From IMG/VR virus record IMGVR_UViG_3300006924_000018, positions 1-60,650 of that record: DNA of 60,650 bases. The stretch is one strand, 5' to 3'. Position numbers and translations under genes: made by a program. The notes under the pieces were generated by a model. The model searched no databases. It saw only the letters and a program-made list of their open reading frames with translations, and was not told the DNA's origin. Origin of the DNA: a virus (lineage: Duplodnaviria > Caudoviricetes). Positions 54,958-60,650 of this stretch are shown in pieces (position 1 is the stretch's first letter; each line of letters starts with the position of its first letter).

Positions 54958-57507
54958 ATGCCTAAGAAAGTCACACTTGTAAATGATGAGCTACTTAACT
55001 TCGACCTAAAGGATCCTTTTGTTACCAATTTCGGATCTTGGGATCGGAAGAAAAGAAAGCTTGCATACGAGTACAACAACGATATTCCCGTCAATATTAC
55101 TATCGAAGATGTCAAGTATAAGAAAGTTTCTAGCACAGATTCAATCGCAGATGCTTTCTACAAGGTTGAGTTCAATGTCAGCCCTACAGGGGACGACAAC
55201 AAATTCCGTCAAGCAATCGGAAGCATCGTACTAGATCGAAGGTACTACGATTATGCTACCGAAATCACAATGCCTGATGAGGCTTCTGACGTTTTCGATG
55301 CCAATGCAGACAGCAACACAGCAGCTGTCCCAGCAGTAGGCGTGCAGATGGAATATCTTCGAGAGAACATCGCACTTGAAGACACTGTTAGCGATGTAAC
55401 AGATGAAAAGATGCTCGTTAACTACTACGAGCCGCAGACAGAGGGCATTAGTAATAGAAACTCTCTGATTAAGATGGCCAAGGCGGCCCTACTACAGGAC
55501 GCTGCACAGCGCACTAAGTACACAAACGTCATTATCCCGCCCGAAAGTGTTGAGAATATCAACGAGACCAACACATTGATTAGAAACCTAGAGCGCCAAA
55601 GCTACGATGCTGAGAGCCTAGACTACACGTCAGAGCTAGCATACTGCGCTAGAGTCTCTATGAAGGACACTAATGGCAGCATCGAGCAGGCCCAAGAGCT
55701 GGTAAAGGTTGCTAACAACCTAATGTTCTTCCCTGAGATCCCCGAGAACCCTTCAGAGGGCGACATCGGAACACTACTAATGCGCTGGCACGCAGAGAGC
55801 CCAGAGACTTTTGTGCAGGAAGGGAAGTATGTGGCAGCGAACCCAGCAGGCGTAGCGACAAACAAAACATACGAGTCATACTCATTGCTTGAGTGGCTTA
55901 ACGGCGTAGCACCTGCATCGGTTGGTGACCTAGATAGCGGCACTTCTGTAGTAGACTATGTAAGAGATCCTGCAGCAAGCACAGATTTGGCAATCAACAA
56001 TTACGATAACAAGCTAAAGTTCACCAGAGCGCTCTCCACAGTTGCGCAGAAGTACATTGATGAGTTTTTGGCCGGTAACGCTGCAAAGAGAGTTGAAGAC
56101 TCGTTCGTTGGTAAACTCGGCAGTTCAGAGATCCTGTACTACAAGGTGGATAAGTTTGAGGGTAATAGCTCCACTGGGACACCACTACAGACCTTCTATG
56201 TTCCAAACACGGCAGAAAATATTGAGTACATCGACTCGCAAGTCATCTATGGCAGAGAGTACACCTACGTAATCAATTATGTTGTAGCCATTCACGGCTG
56301 CTCATACGAATACAAGAACTTGCGTGAGAATGATGACGGTACCTATAAGCTAGTAGCGCACTCATACCCAGAGCTCCGCGTAGTGGTAGTGCCAGCGTTT
56401 ATCCGAACAGCTGCGATGCTCTCACCTCCTCCAATGGTGCCAGAGTTTGAAATCTTGCCGATCAGACGTCAGGAAAATAGAGTAAAGATTGTGTTCTACT
56501 CTAGGTACGGCTCCGAGGTCGCACGACCAATGACCCTTCAGAACGCTGACGGGCAGCTTGTTAATCGCTATTTGAGAAACGGCTATATGAATAGCAGGAA
56601 CGGCGAGCTTGTATATGAGAGCAGGGTTACAAACGAACAGTTTACGATCTTCACCACGTCAAGGCCGCCACAGTCCGAGACAGACTACAGAAACTTTAGA
56701 GACAATGTGTTTGCCACAGTATCTACTAGAGCATCAGATTCTGACCTCCTTGCAGACTCTGCGGCTGTTGTGCTGGAGCTTAAGCCTAATAAGAAGTACT
56801 ACCTTACAGCGACCGCCAAGACCCGTCTAGGTATGTCTTCTAATCCTACAGGTATCTTCGAGATTATGTACATTAACAAGGATGGCATCTCCAGAATTGA
56901 GTATGGGGAGTACACAAAGCCCGATGTACGCGAGGAGTCCAGCAGAGAGACAAAATCACTAACTAAGTTTGTCAATATCCGACCAGTCTTTGCACAGGTT
57001 ACACCAAACCTAGAGAAGTCAAAGCTAGCAGATGCTGATGGAGAGCTCGAAACTAGTAAGGGTAAGGAAGTATTCTTGGGCGTGAAAGAAGATTCACTAT
57101 TCGGTGGTCCGGGTGTTGGTAAGAAGTTCAAGTTCCGCTTCAGATCAAAGAACACTAACAAAGCCTTCGATTTGAATGTGACCTGCGTAAACACCAAGGT
57201 CGAGTCTGAGTTCTCGCGAGAGGACGATTCTATTAAGATGGCCCCGGAATTCGACCAACTTACACAAGAAGATATTGAAACCGCAAGAGAAAGATCGAAC
57301 CCCGGATACCCATTTGGCGGTGCGGTACAAGCGCCTACACAGTCGCCACCTTCCAGTAATAGTACAAGCATTTTGGTTGTTGGTGGTGTAGATAAATCCA
57401 AAAAAGTAGTTGCATCTTTTGAGGAAGATGTTATTACTAATGAAAGTGGTAATTCGCTAGACCAACAAAGCGAACAAATAACAGATCTTTTCCCAAGCGG
57501 AAACTAA
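54958..57507 (+). CDS. Large hypothetical protein in the tail module (FN3-like segments)
   Basis: YIDSQVIYGREYTY; LKPNKKYY...SNPT FN3-like; KKFKFRF.SK.T. Confidence 0.65.
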   Translation: MPKKVTLVNDELLNFDLKDPFVTNFGSWDRKKRKLAYEYNNDIPVNITIEDVKYKKVSSTDSIADAFYKVEFNVSPTGDDNKFRQAIGSIVLDRRYYDYATEITMPDEASDVFDANADSNTAAVPAVGVQMEYLRENIALEDTVSDVTDEKMLVNYYEPQTEGISNRNSLIKMAKAALLQDAAQRTKYTNVIIPPESVENINETNTLIRNLERQSYDAESLDYTSELAYCARVSMKDTNGSIEQAQELVKVANNLMFFPEIPENPSEGDIGTLLMRWHAESPETFVQEGKYVAANPAGVATNKTYESYSLLEWLNGVAPASVGDLDSGTSVVDYVRDPAASTDLAINNYDNKLKFTRALSTVAQKYIDEFLAGNAAKRVEDSFVGKLGSSEILYYKVDKFEGNSSTGTPLQTFYVPNTAENIEYIDSQVIYGREYTYVINYVVAIHGCSYEYKNLRENDDGTYKLVAHSYPELRVVVVPAFIRTAAMLSPPPMVPEFEILPIRRQENRVKIVFYSRYGSEVARPMTLQNADGQLVNRYLRNGYMNSRNGELVYESRVTNEQFTIFTTSRPPQSETDYRNFRDNVFATVSTRASDSDLLADSAAVVLELKPNKKYYLTATAKTRLGMSSNPTGIFEIMYINKDGISRIEYGEYTKPDVREESSRETKSLTKFVNIRPVFAQVTPNLEKSKLADADGELETSKGKEVFLGVKEDSLFGGPGVGKKFKFRFRSKNTNKAFDLNVTCVNTKVESEFSREDDSIKMAPEFDQLTQEDIETARERSNPGYPFGGAVQAPTQSPPSSNSTSILVVGGVDKSKKVVASFEEDVITNESGNSLDQQSEQITDLFPSGN

Positions 57508-57512
57508 TTATA
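57503..57512 (+). promoter_or_regulatory. Putative late promoter motif
   Basis: ACTAATTATA upstream of 57543. Confidence 0.5.
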
Positions 57513-57542
57513 AATTGAAATAGCTCGCGTTTAGGAGAACAA

Positions 57543-58442
57543 ATGGCTTTTCTCGACAATTCAGGTGATATTATTCTAGATGCCGTGTTGACTGACACAG
57601 GCAGAATGCGTTTGGCGAAGGGCGACGGCTCCTTCAAGATTGTAAAGTTCGCACTTGGCGACGACGAGATCAATTATACACGATTTGATCTTAATCACCC
57701 AAGCGGCTCTGCATACGCAGACCTCGAACTTCTACAGACACCAGTACTAGAGTCCTTCACCAATAACACTTCTTTGATGAACTCAAGACTAGTAACCATT
57801 CCTAGAAACAATCTCCTATATCTACCAGTTGTTAAGCTCAACGAGAATTTCGCTGGCACAGCTAGAAACACAGAGATCAGTCAGTTTGCAATTGCAGTCA
57901 ACGATGCAACTGTAAGCACTTTCGCATCCGGCTCTGGCGTCATCGACGGCACAGGCGCTGGCAACATTGATAACAACATCCGCCTTGATCAGGGCCTAGA
58001 TACTTCCGCTATCTCCCCTACTCGTGCGCTTGACCCACTCCTCGTTGAAACACAGTACATCCTAGAGATCGACAACCGTCTAGGCTCCATCGTTTCAATC
58101 CCAGAGAAGGGCAATACAGTTGCTCCTCTATCCTTTATCGACGATGACCAGATTGCAACTTACGTTCTATCTCTAGATGCTGACCCTGATTTTGTTGATT
58201 CTATCACCAACACAACAACTGGCGGCAACCAGACTATCGCTGGCCCTCGCGGAACCAGACTACGCTTCAGCGTTCAGGCTTCTTTGGAGCTAAACGCCAG
58301 CGCATTCTTGTTTGACCAGTTGGGCTCCGAGACCACGCTTCTCGGCAACAACGTTGATTCAATCGACACAGTAATTCGAGTAACCGGTGGTACCACTGGC
58401 TACCGCGTTGACGTTCCAGTAAGATTCATTAGAAACCGCTGA
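57543..58442 (+). CDS. Virion structural protein (tail/baseplate)
   Basis: AFLDNSGDIILDAVLTDTGR.RLA.GDGSF.I.KFALGDDEINY. Confidence 0.7.
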   Translation: MAFLDNSGDIILDAVLTDTGRMRLAKGDGSFKIVKFALGDDEINYTRFDLNHPSGSAYADLELLQTPVLESFTNNTSLMNSRLVTIPRNNLLYLPVVKLNENFAGTARNTEISQFAIAVNDATVSTFASGSGVIDGTGAGNIDNNIRLDQGLDTSAISPTRALDPLLVETQYILEIDNRLGSIVSIPEKGNTVAPLSFIDDDQIATYVLSLDADPDFVDSITNTTTGGNQTIAGPRGTRLRFSVQASLELNASAFLFDQLGSETTLLGNNVDSIDTVIRVTGGTTGYRVDVPVRFIRNR

Positions 58443-58457
58443 TAAAAGGATTAAAAA

Positions 58458-59549
58458 ATGGCTAACACTTTTAAGCTAATTCGCAATACCGATATTACCT
58501 CTGCCAAGACAAACTTGCACGAGTCAATTCCACTAACTGGAACCATCGCTTCAGGTACATACGCAGACGAGAACATCAAGAATTACGCTCACGGTATGTT
58601 CCAGTCAGTATACGACTACCCTTACCTATCATCATCAGCGAACCACGTTTTCGATGTTACTTTTGGACTTTCAGCGGACGTTGCCTCAGTTACTTCACAA
58701 GAGCAGAAGAAGCGCAACATTTATCAGCAGTTCGCACAGACTTTGGTAGGATATGACGTAACTGGCTCAATCCGCGACTTTGACATCGACGGTATTCTCG
58801 GAACTGGCTCAACAATGGACTACATTGCTGCTGTTCCTTTCTCCCGCCTCCTAGTCAAGGATGAAGTCAAGAAGGGCTCATTTGAGGTCGAGCTTGGCGT
58901 CGCAGCTAACTATGCCAAAGACGGCTCTGTATTCACAGAGCGTATCAAGGTCTTTGACTCCGGCGCGCTAAACAGCTACAAGATCAACTCCCCAGCCGGC
59001 GAATACGGTCTCCTCTACGCGACCAACTCTGCTGGATCACCAATCAACGGTACCAACATTCAGGCTGGTGGTGCTGATGCACAGCCAGTTGGCCTAGTTT
59101 ATTATCAGGCCGGCGTTGCGATCCTCAATATGAAGGCGCTAACAATGACCGGCACCGACGAAGACGGCATCTTGTCTTCCTCCGTTGAGTATAATGTGGG
59201 CGAAGATGACTTTGTGGATGCTGTACTTACCGATAACATTGAGCAGATTTCTGATGACCTCCGTGTTCGCTTGTACAACCTTTCCTTCAACAACACAGTA
59301 GAGCTTAACTCAACCATTTACTTCTGCCGCGCAGATCACAACGAGTTCAACTACTCTGCTAACCCAACCTATCTTGACTCCTCACAGATTCGAGTCAAGA
59401 ATAACTCAAACGACACGCCAGTAGCGTACTTCACAACTGTTGGACTTTACTCTGCTGACAATGAGTTGCTAGCAGTAGCCAAGCTCTCCGAGCCACTTCG
59501 CAAGGATCCAACACAGAACTACACTATCCGCGTCCGTCTAGACTACTGA
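58458..59549 (+). CDS. Virion structural protein with a tail-collar/fibre-attachment-like C-terminus
   Basis: YFCRA..NEFNYSANPTY...TTVGLY...NELLAVAKLS.P.K. Confidence 0.7.
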   Translation: MANTFKLIRNTDITSAKTNLHESIPLTGTIASGTYADENIKNYAHGMFQSVYDYPYLSSSANHVFDVTFGLSADVASVTSQEQKKRNIYQQFAQTLVGYDVTGSIRDFDIDGILGTGSTMDYIAAVPFSRLLVKDEVKKGSFEVELGVAANYAKDGSVFTERIKVFDSGALNSYKINSPAGEYGLLYATNSAGSPINGTNIQAGGADAQPVGLVYYQAGVAILNMKALTMTGTDEDGILSSSVEYNVGEDDFVDAVLTDNIEQISDDLRVRLYNLSFNNTVELNSTIYFCRADHNEFNYSANPTYLDSSQIRVKNNSNDTPVAYFTTVGLYSADNELLAVAKLSEPLRKDPTQNYTIRVRLDY

Positions 59550-59555
59550 TGCGAT

Positions 59556-60650
59556 ATGTCCATCTACAAACTTCAAAACGATGACATTCTATTCAACACT
59601 CTAAAGACTCACCCAGAAAATGAGTTCTTTATCTATAGTGGTAGTATCTACTATCAAAACCAAAACGCGATCTCTGGCGCAAACGTAGACAACCTGTACG
59701 GAATCCCAACAGGCTACGTTTCGCTATATCAGATTAATGTAGATAGAGCTGCATCTGATGTCGTATATCCTTTTGTGACAAAGGGTCGCGATTCGCTATT
59801 GAACGATCCGATCTTCAAGAACGTATCACAGGACGATTACAAGAAGGCTCAGCCGGGAACTACCTTCACCGGATCTTACGACATCTCTGCCAGTATCTCT
59901 AGGGAGCACTTTACAGCCAGCCATCTTGAGGTAATGGAGGCAGCCAATGCCGCTGTTATCAACGCTAACAGAAACAAGGCCGTTTCAGACTTTCAGAATG
60001 CTGAAGAGATTCGTCCTTTAATCTCCGCCAGCACACTCAAGTCGCTGGAAGCCACACTAGACTATAATGCCTTCCAGAGTCCTCACTTCTTTTATTCTGC
60101 CAGTATTCAAGACGGCCCACAGAGAGATCTAGATGTAGTTCAGTCAACACTTATCTCTATCCCAAGCGTATTCTACGGCTCCAAGATCAAGCCAGGATCA
60201 GTAAAGTTGGACTATTATGTCACTGGAACTTATATTGGTAGCTTGGTCGATAGCAAGCAAAATGGTGAACTTATTCAGGTAAGCAGTAGTTACGCTTCTG
60301 ATCGTAATGGCTCTGTCGCTGGTGTCGTGTTGTACCGAGAGGGATTTATTCTACTCACAGGCTCATACGACCTTAGCGCGCAGAAACACCCAGTTGTAGG
60401 CGACCCTACTTCAAACGCGCAGTGGATCCACTGGGGCAGTAGTCTAAATATTACTGGCAGTGATCCAATCTCGGCAAATAAGCTTTCCTTTGAAGGCACT
60501 AGGTACACACATACGAACACATACTTCACCACACTACCAAAGGCGCAGCTGAACTGGTCAAACAACCCTACATACCTAGAGCGCCCTGCTAACGCGATTG
60601 AGGGCCTAGGGTTCAGAACAGGCTCTGCATTTGCTATCGAAACAGAAAGA
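59556..60650 (+). CDS. Virion structural protein, 3'-truncated by the window end; paralogous to 58458
   Basis: My translation: MSIYKLQNDDILFNTLKTHP...YGSKIKPGSV...GVVLYREG...LNWSNNPTY; open to the end of the window. Confidence 0.75.
   Translation, partial: MSIYKLQNDDILFNTLKTHPENEFFIYSGSIYYQNQNAISGANVDNLYGIPTGYVSLYQINVDRAASDVVYPFVTKGRDSLLNDPIFKNVSQDDYKKAQPGTTFTGSYDISASISREHFTASHLEVMEAANAAVINANRNKAVSDFQNAEEIRPLISASTLKSLEATLDYNAFQSPHFFYSASIQDGPQRDLDVVQSTLISIPSVFYGSKIKPGSVKLDYYVTGTYIGSLVDSKQNGELIQVSSSYASDRNGSVAGVVLYREGFILLTGSYDLSAQKHPVVGDPTSNAQWIHWGSSLNITGSDPISANKLSFEGTRYTHTNTYFTTLPKAQLNWSNNPTYLERPANAIEGLGFRTGSAFAIETER

Noticed and set aside
450-60565. Numerous minus-strand and alternative-frame ORFs in the ORF track
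   Set aside because: They are shadows of longer + strand genes that have RBSs and recognisable motifs; their Ser-rich antisense composition shows no family signatures.
1-60650. Stop-codon reassignment, prompted by abundant CTAG/TAG
   Set aside because: Genes are long and dense in code 11, and TAG ends genes normally (1805, 5290, 16093, 16794, 26020); most TAG triplets are out of frame (CTA-G).
1-60650. Bacteroidota host or a bacterial chromosomal LPS locus
   Set aside because: Consistent GGAG Shine-Dalgarno use argues against Bacteroidota, and the GT genes are embedded among phage structural genes with no wzx/wzy or housekeeping genes.

Overview
This 60.6-kb window is one co-oriented (+ strand) segment of a large T4-like/jumbo myovirus genome. 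It reads in the standard genetic code, has strong GGAG Shine-Dalgarno sites, and I saw no tRNA, rRNA or CRISPR array. Three blocks are visible. (1) About 0.2-16 kb holds small and medium genes, many starting with a shared leader (MKLLLENWKKFLNE-like or MxITxxxLxxIIxEE) and rich in L/I/V-x-E sites. They look like head-packaged internal cargo proteins (ParB-like, kinase-like, zincin, PcfJ-like, ligase-like/cytidylyltransferase fusion). (2) About 16-27.6 kb is a mostly sigma70-promoter-driven block: cytidylyltransferase, PIN-PhoH, Cas4-like nuclease, five glycosyltransferases, a dTDP-glucose 4,6-dehydratase and a gp55-like sigma factor. (3) 27.6-60.6 kb encodes baseplate/tail proteins (split gp5-like hub with an N-acetylmuramidase, gp25, gp6, and 2546-aa and 3183-aa giants). 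The strongest candidate novel systems are a leader-peptide-addressed cassette array of injected enzymes, and a possible virion glycosylation system in which the glycosyltransferase cluster is matched by an enriched (S/T)-(G/A/S)-S tripeptide in surface structural proteins. The DNA also strongly avoids CATG and CCWGG and carries a recurring ACTAnTTA putative late promoter. All family calls come from recognising motifs by eye, not from database searches.
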